The position numbers were made by a program, and so were the translations under genes. A stretch of DNA of 64,000 bases, from NCBI GenBank assembly GCA_029717555.1, contig JAMDHS010000012.1, forward strand, positions 248,001-312,000, in the 5' to 3' direction. Positions 11,738 to 23,955 of the stretch are shown here, piece after piece. This stretch comes from Peribolospora baueri (lineage: Eukaryota). Position 1 is the stretch's first letter; the number at the start of each line of letters is the position of its first letter. The notes under the pieces were generated by a model. That model searched no databases, was not told where the DNA came from, and saw only the letters and a program-made list of their open reading frames with translations.

Positions 11738-12779
11738 GAAAGCAGCTTAAATTAACTGCACGTGCCTCGTCATGTCCCGCATACCCTCGCCCACGCCTGT
11801 GTTATCCTTGTCCATGTCCATGTCCTTGTCCTCGTCCTCGTACTCGTCCATATATGCCCGGGTGCCCACATGCGGGCAGCGGGTCGAATGGAAGGCAAGA
11901 AGAACCTTCCATGTCATCAAGCCGCCGCCCGCCCGCCCGCGCTCACTTGTTCCCCCCCCCCCCCCCCGACTCGTTCGGTCCTTTCAGCCGCGTCACAATA
12001 CGGTGGCGCGCACGCCGAGGTTACGTCGCGAATATGACCGCGTTCCCCTCCCAGCCGTGACGTGAGGGCCCGACGGATCGTCTCATCTCGCCGCTGAGCC
12101 CACGCCTGGCACGTATTGAACAGACAGAACGGCCATCCCGCCGAGAAATCTAAAAAGACGGCCCTCTTCCATCCATTCGCCGCGCCGCCGTCTCCGAGAC
12201 GCCCCGCTGCCAGACGCTACGCTCAGAAGGATGATGATGCACTGCCATATATGTGAGCAGCACAGAAACCGAGTCCGGAGCCGACGAGGACGACGATTAT
12301 TGCTAGAACGACTCGGCGCGACCATGACTTGGAAGGAAGGGGGTAGAGGAGGGGGGGTTGTTACGACGATTCCATCGATCATTTGTTGAAGACTTCGGCG
12401 GGTCGGGCAGCGCCGAAATGGACGCGTCTTCGAAGACCCACGCAGTAAGACCCGATCGTCTCGGTGGTGACTGGCATGCCGACCGTTCGCTTGCAGAGGG
12501 AGACAAGTCTCCGTTCCTTCGCTACGTCGATGATGCGACCCGGAGTATGGGCGACAATAGGAAAAGCGCAAAGCACCGGCCAGGGCATTTTTTGTGTGTA
12601 TGCGTGTGGATTGTAGCATGCGCGGACTTGATGGCCTCAGCGATTTTGGCTCGCACTGCCACGCCGCACGTACCACTGTGCTGCCTTTCCGTGGCCAGCC
12701 TGCCCACCGTGGCCATCCCTCCGTCGTGTCGGGCGAATGGCATCTATCTGTTGACTGAGTGCCTTTTCGGCACCATCGG

Positions 12780-14502
12780 TCATGAAGCAACGGCAGCAGG
12801 TCGCGAAGGAGTTTCGTCGGGTGGTGACGCATCGGCTGCGCGAGTTGTGGATGACAGACCACGTGTGGTAGAGGAGGGAGCGTCGCGCGAAACGCTCTCC
12901 CCCGGTGATATCCTTCCAGGCGTCGACATGGCGGGACGAAGACTGGGAGAACTTCGTGCCGCCATCGCCGATGGCGAAGAGGCATTGACCGCGGCTGCAT
13001 GAACCGGCGCTGGCGTCGCGGCTGGCGCGGACTGTGGGGTAGATAGCTCTCCTTCCATCCTTTCCAGTGCTTCAACGGCCTCTGTAAGGATGAGAGATCG
13101 AGGGGGCTCAAGAAACAATCAGCAAAGCACGATCATAGGCGCGCCCTGTCTCCCCCCCGCTTGAATAACAAAAGACATAAGCAACCTACCCTCGACCTCA
13201 TCCCTGTCGCATTCGAATACTTCCAACCAATTCCTCTCTTTCTTTTCCTCTTCTTTGATCGCCCGCTTCCTCTTGCCCAGGAAGGGTCGCTTGGGCGGAG
13301 CACGAAGCTTGTCAGGAGACACTTCGTCCACCGAGCAGACCTTGGCAAACGCAGCTGCTGCGAGGACGTTGCGGTCGTAGCAGATGCTGATAGGGTGTCG
13401 AAGACTGGAGCGGTCGGGAGGGGGCTAATGCTCAGCGAGCGAGCTTGCCAGCTTGTCGTGCTCTCCACAGGTCACTCACGCGTCCGTCAACAAGGCCCAA
13501 GCCCTGGCGAGAGTCTTATCTGGCGCTCGGAGCTGCTTTCCAGCGTCGACGACGACCTCGTGTGGATGGAGGACGGTGAGATCGAAGCAGATCGTATCGA
13601 GCAGGACCTCTTCCAGATGTCGGACCAAATTGGCCCATTTCTCGTGCTCCTATCGCCGGACAGATGAATGGATGGTAGAGAACACGCACGGCACGCAATT
13701 GCTTTCAGCATTGCTCGCCAACCCACACCCATAAAAGCCGTGGATGGCCCAGTCGGCGCCAAGGTAACCGAAGAAGACTGACATACCTTCGAATTCCGGT
13801 CCATCTTTAGATTCTCGTTCTTGCTGAAGAACTTGATGGCGTTGTGGATGATGTGTTCGAGACGGATACTGCTCTCCTCCACTTTTGCGGCGAGCACGAG
13901 GGCGGTCACTGCCACCTCCTGCGGACGGGGAACGAGTTGACATAATTGCACGAGGAGGATGTAACGTTTTGAGTGTAAAGACGCTTGGGAACGTCGTGAT
14001 ACTGCCGGCAAACGCGAGCGGAGAGAGCACTCACGTATCGGACAAACTTCTTGAACGATTTCCGCATGTAAAAACGGTGGAAATAGATCGCAGCTGTGAA
14101 GAGGACGTGTTGACCTCTACCCAACCCAGCAAGGGGACAAAAAATAGTGGCAAAGGTGAAAACCAAGTGGGTTCAGACGGGATGGCACCGACGACCGTCG
14201 TTCCATGTCGCACCGTGACCCTAGGCAGATTCGCATCCCTAACCGCCCCAGGATGTTGAGCTCCACTCCACCGCCCCTTCTCTTCCGTCAGAGAAAGCCT
14301 AAGAGGGTTGTCCCTAAGAACGACATGCTCACAGTTTGAAATCCTTCGCCAGCCGATGGCCGACCTCGTAGATCGTCTTGACGCCCGAGTGTCGCATCGC
14401 CTTCTCGTCCTGGACGGACATGCCGTCGGAAACCACCGATGGCGTGTCGAGGAGGTCTTCCTCGGCGAAGAGCCATTGCGCGTTTGGGTCGTCGAAGGAC
14501 AT
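12780..14502 (-). CDS. Transcriptional cyclin (cyclin T/K/L, Pch1-like)
   Basis: Exons 14502-14333, 14116-14035, 13918-13787, 13649-13480, 13404-13190 and 13081-12780 join in frame. Motifs: QWLFAEEDLLDTPS, TAAIYFHRFYMRKS, ALVLAAKVEE, LEEVLLDTICFDLTVLHPH, AWALLTDALRHPISICY; Ser/Pro-rich tail. Confidence 0.88.
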
Positions 14503-14870
14503 GGTGAAGAGAGACGAGCGCTTGCTCTCTTCGACCGCTGTCTCCTTCCTTCGTGATGGCACGGATGGTAATTAGTCCCACGCGTCGCTTCCTTCCCTTT
14601 GATCGTGACCATACAGCCCAGTCGCCGCAGTCGTTCATATTGCGCACTCAGAATACTACTCTTTAGAGAACATAATCGACTTGGTTGCAGTTCGCGTACG
14701 ACGTCCGCAACAGGAAGGACGACAAAGGCTGCTTCATATGCGCATGTCCATACCTGCTGGTGCTAGAGGCCTCTCCGCCTCGTGTCATCCATCCACAATC
14801 GCCGTTGAGGAAGCTTTGGGCAAGGAAAACGAGAGCGATGGCGCACCGACCGACGCTGCGATCGAAAATA

Positions 14871-16867
14871 TCAAGCGACGAAGACCACGACCCTCTCCTT
14901 GCTCTCCTCATCCGCCTTGCTCCTTGTTGTATCCTTTTCCCCTTTCTGCCAGACATCTCCCGCATAGCCTGTCTCCTTGTCCTTTGGCGTGGAAGCGCCG
15001 TGCGGATGGACCTCACCAACGGCCGGCAATCGGCCCCGGTATGATTCTTCGTTGCCCTGATGCGCGATCAGCGGGTCCTTGAGGTGCGGGCACGCAGAAG
15101 TGGATGCGGTGGCATCGGATAAGGAAGAAGGACGCGTGTGAGAACGCTCCTGATCCTCCGAGTTTGACGAATCAGGGTGCGTGAAGAAGACGTGAGGTTG
15201 GACAGGAGTGGACGTGAGGAAATGCGAAGGGGCCAGCGTGGACGAGGTAGACGTCGGTGAGGCTATATCGCCAGCTCCGCTCCTCGGCGACCCTGGTAAA
15301 GTCGGAGACAAAAACGATGCTCTCCGCCAGACCAATTGGCCCAGGTCTTCTTCGAGCCGCGCTCGTCGGCGTTGGGGGCAGTCAGAGATCCATAGACCCG
15401 ATTGCCGTTCCGCGCCACGCCGTAGGGCCGCCTCGAGCCGTCTGCCACCGCCCAAACTGCGTCCACCCGCTCCTTTCCACAAAGTTGTTCGCAAGGGATC
15501 GTTATTCCAACCCTCTCTCCACTTGCGCTCCTCGTCGGACCCATTCTCTCCGTCTTCTTCATCCACCTTGGATCCGAATCGCAAACTTTTTCCGAGCCAG
15601 CGATCCTCAAGCAAGGAGCGCAAAACCTGCGCGTCCAAGTTTTTGTTCCAGCTTCCCGCGAGCTCGATGTGAGAGAGACGGGCGAGATGAGACGGTGTGA
15701 GAGAGAGAATGGTGGAGGCGAAGGTCGAGTTGAAGCAGAAGTTGGTCAGAGAGAGAGAGCGTAGGCGGGTCCAGCGAGACTGGATGTTGCAATGCAGAGC
15801 ATGTAGGAAGAAAACGCCAATCAATACCGTTGGGTCCGGTCGGTACCGTGACAAGGCTTGAAGGCGAGCCGACGTACCAGAAATCGAATGAAAAGGTGAC
15901 CCGGCTCGAAATGCCAACACGGTTGGGTAACCCATTCAAAAGAGGAAGGGTTGAGAGACGAGAGGAACTCGAGTGCCAATGGGAGGTCACCTGGTATTGA
16001 TGAGAGGGAAAAGAAAACAAAATAATTGTGCGAGGTGAGCGTCCGAACTCGCGATGCGCTCTGCGCGTGTTGCCATGTGATATGCAGAACTGCAGCGCAG
16101 GGACATCAGGTCACCCACGACGTCGAGCTCGCGCAAAGTCCCAACATCGTTCATAACGCACTGTACGAGCCCCCATCTAGACGTCAAATCTGCCTTATCT
16201 ATTGAGACAAAGGAAGCCTCTCACCTGAAGGCTTCGCACTATCTCTTTCATTCGTCCCTGTACTTGTCCGTTCGCCCATTGCGTCGGGCCTCTCAGACAG
16301 GCCCGACTCGGTCTTCCTCCTCGAGAGAAATAGGAGACAAGAACCCATCCTCGCCCGCAGGGGACTTTTCCCACCAACGGGCTTTTTCGAGACCATACAT
16401 CAACTCACTGGCAGGGAAGCGCACGGCCAGCCTGTCCACCCTCGGGCATCTCTTAGCAACGGCAATGGTGGTGGGCCAGTGCACCTTGGATGGATAGATG
16501 CTCAACTTTCGCACGTGGTGGCCTAGCTCGGGGGAAGCGTCGAGCGTGCGCGCAAAGAGAGCGAGGGCGAGTTTAGACGAGAGGGAGATGGACGAGTAGA
16601 GTGGTGCGAGCGCAAGCGCGCGGAAGCGGTGAGAGACTACGAGGAGGAAGGGAGAACCGAGAGTGACCGCAGGTCAGTGTCAGGCTTTGGGCGGCTCTCC
16701 GTGGACGGCCGCGCTCAGTCCACCGCGTTTGTGATGGTAACACCGATGCGGACCACGTCCCGAGCACGCTCACCCAGCACGACGGCGAACCCGTCCCCAT
16801 TTAGGACCGCGTATGCGAGTATCTCTGTTAGTACCTCGGGAGGGATATCATCAATGGCGACCGCCAT
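14871..16867 (-). CDS. F-box domain protein with probable LRR/RNI-like C-terminal region
   Basis: Exon 1 (16867-16774) MAVAIDDIPPEVLTEILAYAV splices to exon 2 (from 16636) VSHRFRALALAPLYSSISLSSKLALALFARTLDASPELGHHVRKLSI, a typical fungal F-box plus following helix. Later exons read LRELDVVGD, RWTRLRSLSLTNF and LARLSHIELAG. Internal exon boundaries between about 16400 and 15780 are uncertain. Confidence 0.7.
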
Positions 16868-17323
16868 GTCAGCAGGAAGAGATGGACCAAAGTCAAGTCA
16901 AGGGAGGCATCGACGCCGTGGCAGATGGCAAATGGCAAATGGTCGTTGCCTGTCGGTGTGAGTCGGGTGACGCTTCCTCCGCTCGCTCATCTCCGCGTGA
17001 TCGGCACCAGATAACGAGTCGGACGAGCTGCGCGGCTTAAACGCCGTTTATCGCCGTAGGGCTTTGCCCGCTGCGGCCGCCTGTTCGCGGTGACCAGCAA
17101 GCGTCGTCTTGCTCGTCTTCCCAAAGGTGGAGGTCGCCTATGGCTAGAGTTGGCGACACCAACTCGTCCCGGAGACCCGGCTTTCACTCTCGTCGCTGCC
17201 TTACCCCTACCGGCACTCTCTACTTCCATCTTAGGGGAATCTCTCGCTTCGGATTCCCGGGCGCCCTTTACGACACGCCAACGAACGGACGGTGGACGAA
17301 GGACGAGACGACGAGGGACGAGG

Positions 17324-19236
17324 ATGGGCTTCGATCTGGATGCGTGCATCGCCACCCTGTTGCGCAAGCAGGTGAGCATGAGCGAGGTCACGGAGAGCGA
17401 GAGGGCCGTTGCTTTGATGGTTGTGGACGATTGGATGAATCTGTCCGCGCTCCTGCTTGCGGTTCTGTGACCCGAGGAATGGAGAAGGCTGACGCAGCAT
17501 TTCCATCACTTCTGACGCGTCTTCGCTTTGACAACCGTCACAAAGCTGCTTGGCGAACCGCTGTTGAAGGAGATCTGTGAAAAAACTAAAGAGTTACTGA
17601 TGCGGGAAAGCAACGTCGTCCACATCTCCGCCCCCGTCACCGTCGTTGGGGACATTCACGGGTAAGTGGGGCACGCTCTGCGACGTCGGTCCTTTCGTGC
17701 CTTATTCTTCCTACCAGGCCATTGGCGCCCTCATGAGCTCTAATGGCCGATTCTCCTTTTTCTTCAGCCAATTCTACGACTTGATCGAGATCTTTCGAAT
17801 AGGCGGCTATTCTCCGCATACCAACTATCTCTTCCTCGGTGAGCATCGTCTGCTCTTTGCCAACATCGGGTGATGGATGTACTTATCCACTGACCACCTA
17901 TCCTTCTGTTATCTTTCTTATCGATGTACGTCTTTCGTACCCCCCGTAGGCGACTACGTTGACCGAGGGCTGTTTAGCGTAGAGACGATCTCCCTTCTCA
18001 CATGCCTCAAGCTGCGATACCCAGACCGAGTACAGCTCATCCGGGGCAATCACGAGAGTCGGGCTGTCACGCAGGTCAGTCCAGTAAATTCAATCCAGAT
18101 CAGTGCAGTCTCATTTGCCGATCCTACCGCCCTGGTCCACGTAGCCACCGTAGTATCGGATCACACTCATTGAAACCTGCTTGCCTTTTTTGCCATACTT
18201 TTCATCCTATACGTTTGGTTTGACAGACATACGGTTTCTATACGGAGTGCTTGCGCAAATATGGCTCGGCGAACGTGTGGACCTACTTCACGGATATGTT
18301 TGATTTCCTCACCCTCAGTGTCGTTATCGATGACCGAATATTCTGCGTACACGGAGGTGCGTTTAGGTTGCGTGTCACTCATTCGTCTCGTCTGGACGAG
18401 GATTTGGTCGAGATGGGCTATTGTCTGTTTGCTTATCCTCTCGCATCGTGTTTGGTGCTTGATTTTCCCGCATCTTACAGGTCTTTCTCCGTCAGTACAT
18501 TGCATCGACCAAATTAAAATCATTGACCGATTTCGAGGTGAGCCCTGCGCAGCCTATCGTTGAAAGCTAGGTCTTTGCACCCCACTCTTAATTGTGCTCT
18601 TGCCAACGATCTCATTGTTACTCTGCCCGTCCGCTACAGAAATTCCGCACGAGGGTCCGATGGCGGATTTGGTATGGTCCGATCCGGATCCAGACAAGGA
18701 GGAATTTGCAATATCGCCACGGTGAGCCCTTGCTGCCCTTGATAGCAGTGCGGAGATACGAGCTCATTATAAGTAATATCCACTCTCTCTGACCACTCTT
18801 TGCTGGACGACGATAACAGAGGCGCCGGCTACACCTTCGGCGCGCAAGTAGTCCAGCACTTCCTCCAGATGAACAACATGAATCACATTCTCCGCGCTCA
18901 TCAACTTTGCATGGAGGGCTTTTCTGTGCTCTACGATGATAAGCTCTCCACCGTCTGGTCCGCACCCAACTACTGCTATCGGTGCGGCAATTTGGCGAGC
19001 ATTTTGGAAGTGGGGCCAGGTGGCACCAAGCACTTTAACGTGTTCGAAGCGGCGCCTGAGAATGAGAGAGATGGACCAGCGCAGGCGTCGCAGGCAAAGG
19101 TGAGCACGCGGTCATTTTTGGCTACGCTACCCTACGACACCGGCTGGCTCTCGATGGGGTCTGCTCACCCCTCTTGTCCTTCCGTTGTGTGCTCGTCGAC
19201 CTCGCTCAGCATGACACGGTCGACTACTTCTTGTGA
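17324..19236 (+). CDS. PPG1: PP2A-related Ser/Thr protein phosphatase catalytic subunit, Ppg1 type
   Basis: Multi-exon gene. [107 protein letters not shown] and C-terminal VDYFL. Confidence 0.93.
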
Positions 19237-19852
19237 CCTTCGACACTTCCCATTTTCGTACAGCCCCCGCTTTCGTATCATTACGCACAAAACATCTGTC
19301 GCTTGCACATGCTCCTCTCTCTCCTCGGGAACCTTGTCTTTCTCGTCTTTCCGGTTCTTCGTCTCCGTGCCTTCATGACTCCACCTCACGAGTAGTCGTG
19401 TCTGTCGCCTTTTTCCTCGCCCTCTTTCTCGTCGAGATAGATACCCGTTGGCGCTCCTTTCGTGCTTGCCCAACCCTACCGTGTATTCGCAAAACCAAGC
19501 GTCGTCATCGTCCACCCACTCGTGTCCTTTGTCTCGTGTCCCGGGGCGGAATGAAGCAATGCAGCTATTGTACCCGCATGGGCGTTTTGAAGTCAATCGG
19601 ATACGCGCATACGGAGAAATTGGTCGGCAAGCACGCTCCCACGTGTTCAGACGCGTCGCGATCACGTGACGTTATGATGCGGAAGAGGTAGCATCGCTCA
19701 CTGTGTTGCAGTAAGTCAAGAGAGACAACGCACAGCTCTCACACTTCCACATATCAAGGTCATCTCCACATTCTTTAGGAGGCAACAAGGCAAGGCAAGG
19801 GAGAAGGCGTAAAGAAGGAAGGACGGGAAGGAAACGCCTATCGCGGACGGTC

Positions 19853-22800
19853 ATGTTCTCCAAGGCGCAGCGCTTCGCCGAAAAGGGTGAGTTTTGCTCT
19901 CCTGACCTCCCCTTGCGCATCATCATCCGCTTCTTTTTTTAATTTTATAAACGAGCCGGAGCTCTTTAAGTTTGCTGATTCTGCCTTAACGTCTGCTTTT
20001 CCTTTGCTCTCCTTAAGGCCCAGATGACCTACCTGGGCCAGGAGCGTACAACCCTCAGAGTCCCACGATGAGCTTGGCATATAAGAAAGGCGCGATTTAC
20101 GAGAAGGCGGACCGGTTTAAAGAGAAAGGCGTTGACGGCGGGGATGGCTGGGTTATGTCCGGTGAGCTTCTGGGTTTTCTGGCGGCGTTTGCGTCTGCGA
20201 TCAGGGGACCCAGGCGTGGACGACCAGCTCACAACGTATCCGCCATCTATTTTGCCCGTCCTCGCCCATGCAGAATCTGGCTTTGATCCTCGCGCATCAA
20301 CGTCTGGGCCTTCCAATTCCACCGCAACTGCCGTTGCTGCGAAGCTCAAGCAGGCACAGGTGGGTTTACGGAATTGGGAAAGTGACCCAAAGCCTTATAG
20401 CTGATCTCTCTACCTGTTTATCTTTGTGGTCCCGCCCGGATGCGCGACTGGCTCAGGCACGTCTAGAAGAGAAACTGGCGAAAGCGGACACTCGAGTGCA
20501 AGAGCTGACGAGCGAGAAGGGCGCGCTTCAGATCGAGCTGACGAATGTGCAGACTGAGTGTCGTGAGTTTCTCCTTCTGTTTCTCACTTTCGGCTTTGTT
20601 TCGCTCTCCACATCCACTTCATCGCTCACCTGCCAGGGTTTTATGGGCGGTTCGCTCATTTTGCCACTGACACCATGTGACTTCGGTTTTGGGGCTGGCG
20701 GATGACAGGACTTGCGCTGCAGAGGGAGGCCAAACTCAAGACTTCGGTATGTACAAGTCTTAGTCCACGTCCAGCGGCGCTGATTAGAGAGGGTTACAGC
20801 GTGACATTGATGTAACGCGTCTGTCTTGTATTCGCTACCCCATACCACCTTTAGCTTGAAAAGTCTAGCGCCTCCAAGGAGAAATCCAAGCTGGTCTCTC
20901 TGCAGGCCAAGGTAGATGAGCTGTCGGAGTTGCATGAGAGTTCTAAGCGCAAGCGCCAAGTGGAGATTTCTGACCTTCAGGAACAAGTCCGAAGACGCCG
21001 GTTGGAGACGACGGAGGTCACGGAGCGGTACGAGGGGCTTCTCAAAGAGGCTCGTGGGCGAAGCGAGGAAGGCGCGAAGAAGGCGGATGAGCTCAAGAAG
21101 GCGCTCGCTCACGCGGAGAAGGAGCTTAGGGATTCGAGGGAGCGGATGAAGAACCTTGAGAAAGCGCGGGAAAAGGACCTGGTTGAGGAGAAGAAGGAGG
21201 TGGAAAGGCTTAAGATGCAGCTGGCGGAGGCGCAGGAGAAGCAGCGAAAGCGACTCGCTTCGATGGAGGACGAGAGAAGCAAGTCGGAAAAGGCGAACAG
21301 AGAGGAGCGCGATCGGTTGCGTGCTCAGCTTGACGATGCCCAGCGCGAGCTGCGTCGAGGCAGGGACACGGCCGATGGCAAGACGCGCGCTTTGGCTGAC
21401 GCAGAGACCAAGCTCAAGGCGGCGCAGACACGAACGAAGGACCTAGAGCGACGAGTGGAGGAAGGAGAGCGCAACCTTGCTGCGCGAACAAAAGACTGGG
21501 ACAACCGTGGCAGACAGCTCAAGCTCGAGGTCGAGTCGGCCAAGGCGGAAGCGCGAGAGATAGCCTCTCACCTCGAAGCCTGCGAACGACGGCTACGCGA
21601 GCGGGACGCTCTTGGCGACGAGCGGGCAAGGTCTCTAGAAGAAGAGGTGCAGCGTTTGCGCGACGTCATGCAAGATATGGCCGACGCCGCCGGAGCGGCA
21701 GCTTCGGGCTCCGTACCGAAGCAGCAGGCATTGCATCTCGAAGAGCAGCTCCTCTCAGGTCGGCTACGTCTGCAGGACAGGCAACGCTGCCTGCGCGAGC
21801 GGGAGGACCAGATCGTTCAGCTGACCGACCTCGTGCGACAGGTGCGGGCCGAGCGGGACGAACTGAGGGCCTTGCTCGATGGTGCGCAAGCGTCTGTGAA
21901 AGAGCTGCTCGAGGACCGAAAGAAGTTACGGTTCGATGTCGAGGAGGCGGCAGAGGAAGCTCGGCGGCTACGAGAGACGCAGACGGACGAAGCGAAGACG
22001 GCAGCGGATCAGCGAGAGGAGAGGGAGGTACTTTCTGCCCACGCTCGCATCGCATCTGAAGCGGAGCGGGCGCGCGTCTCGGACCTTCAATCCACCGTCT
22101 CCTCCCTTTCCGCCCTGGTGGCAACTTCGAAGACCGAAGCTTGCACGTCCGCGAACCGCGTGCGTTCGCTCGAGACGGACCTCTCAAAAGCACACGAGGA
22201 GCTGGTCGAGTCTCGGAAGGTGGCGGCGTCGCTCACCGAGGAGTTGAGGGAGAAGGAGCAGGAGGCGGAGAATTTGAGACAGAAATGGGCGGCGGAGGGC
22301 AGAGAGAAGCTCAAAGCGGAGCTTGGGAAAAAGGAAGAGGCGCTCACTGTGGAGAGAGAGAACTGTCGGAGGATCGGTACCAGTCTCGCTAATGCCAAGG
22401 CGGCCGAGGCAGGCCTTCGAGACGAGATTGTCAAGTGAGTGGGAATGGTTTGCTCATGCCAGGTAGCCTCATCGGCCACTCGGGTGACGACCGGCTTGCT
22501 GATGCCCCGTTGCGCTCCGGGCGCTCATCGATCTTCTCTCAGTCTCCAGACGGCCCTCTCAGAAGCGCAACACTTCCAAGAAGCGTACCACAGCCTCGCG
22601 GACCGGATCTCATTGCTCATCAAGCGCAACGCCCTCGCAGAGGAGGAATCCAGGCAGCTCAGCGAGCTCAACGCCGAGCTGGTCGGACACGCTAATCCCT
22701 ATCAGAGGATCAGGGTGGTGGATAACATTCGTAGAGAGTTGGATGACACAAAAAAGGTGAATGAGCAGAGCCAGTGGGAGACGAGGCAGTAACTTGGCAC

Positions 22801-23305
22801 ACCGACGGCATGGGACTGTGGAGCTGACACGCGCCTGATCCATGGTTGCTCCGGTGGCATACAGAAACTCCTCCAAGTGACGCAAGAGCGTGACAGTGCC
22901 CGAACACGAGCGAACGACCTCCTGAGCGAGCTCGACTCGTACCGGTCCATCGACGCGCCTCTGGGCTCAAAGCCGGCCACCAAGCTCACCCGCGTCTCTC
23001 GATCTGCCATCGGCGGGGCGCTGGGCGATCTGACGAATACTCATCATGGTCTTCCCTTCGGCCGCTCCGCATCTGTTCTCAACGCGGCCTCGAGGGGCAA
23101 GAAAAGCTCCACGCCCCCGGAGCAGGTGATGAACGGCGGGCGTGGATGGGCGAGTGTCGGACCAGGTGCTGCGAGACGGAGCGGCGCCGCGCTACCTTCT
23201 GCGGAGCTGACGGAGGACAAAGGCTTGGGGATGAGTCGTCAGTCGGGCCTACTACCTATCGTTGACGAAGGCGAAATGACGCTGGATGAGCTCGCCCAGT
23301 TGTAG
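19853..23305 (+). CDS. Long coiled-coil protein resembling HMMR/RHAMM
   Basis: About 8 exons (19853-19886, 20018-20161, 20274-20359, 20457-20562, 20709-20746, 20855-22434, 22542-22756, 22865-23305). N-terminus MFSKAQRF...PGPGAYNP...EKADRF, long E/K/R/L-rich coiled coil, and LVGHANPYQRIRVVDNIRREL resembling the HMMR C-terminal LLGHQN..QKI motif. Confidence 0.75.
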
Positions 23306-23955
23306 GCAGCTCATGTGTCTGCGTTTTTTAGCTGCGCACTAAGGCTTGGCCGCGCTCGTACGTTGCCACATGTACATGTATTCTCGAGACCTGTTGTTTG
23401 CTCTTCGACCGCTTGCTGGACTTCGTTAGTACCCAGATCTCGCCCCTCTTACGTCCAGGCCAACGGCCGCGGCCGGATCATCCTTGTCGCACATGTGTTC
23501 GTCCATGGACGTGCCTTTATGTCAGCCAGCACCGAACCCGAAGAGAGGCGCGTGGGAAATCTCAGCGCTGGCCGATCACGAGAAGAAAGCGGGAGAAGAA
23601 AGTTGCGATGCCAACGTCGAGCGAGCGGGGTGACCACGATTGCGACGACTACGACTACGACTACGACCGAGCGATTCGTGCTTGCGTTCTGTATTTTGTA
23701 ACGTTCGGCCTCCAACTGTCCTAGATCTTGTTACCTATCACAAGACGGCAAGAGCTCACGCCGGCGGCCAACGTGGCGAGAGTCGTTCAGGAGCAAGCTA
23801 CGCATCCCGTCTTCCGCTTTGCACTTCTGGCCCTGCGAGACACCGCCGGGATCCATCGCGCCTCCGACAAGGCAGAGCAGAGCAAGTTACAGGACGATAA
23901 GGGGAGGAACCGGACGACGTGAGCTCGCTCCGGTCATTTCGGCGCCCTGGGCGGG

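Noticed and set aside
11029..13111. ORFs 11029-12060, 12083-13111 and 12358-13002
   Set aside because: Low complexity or overlapping the cyclin last exon in other frames; no domain signature recognised.
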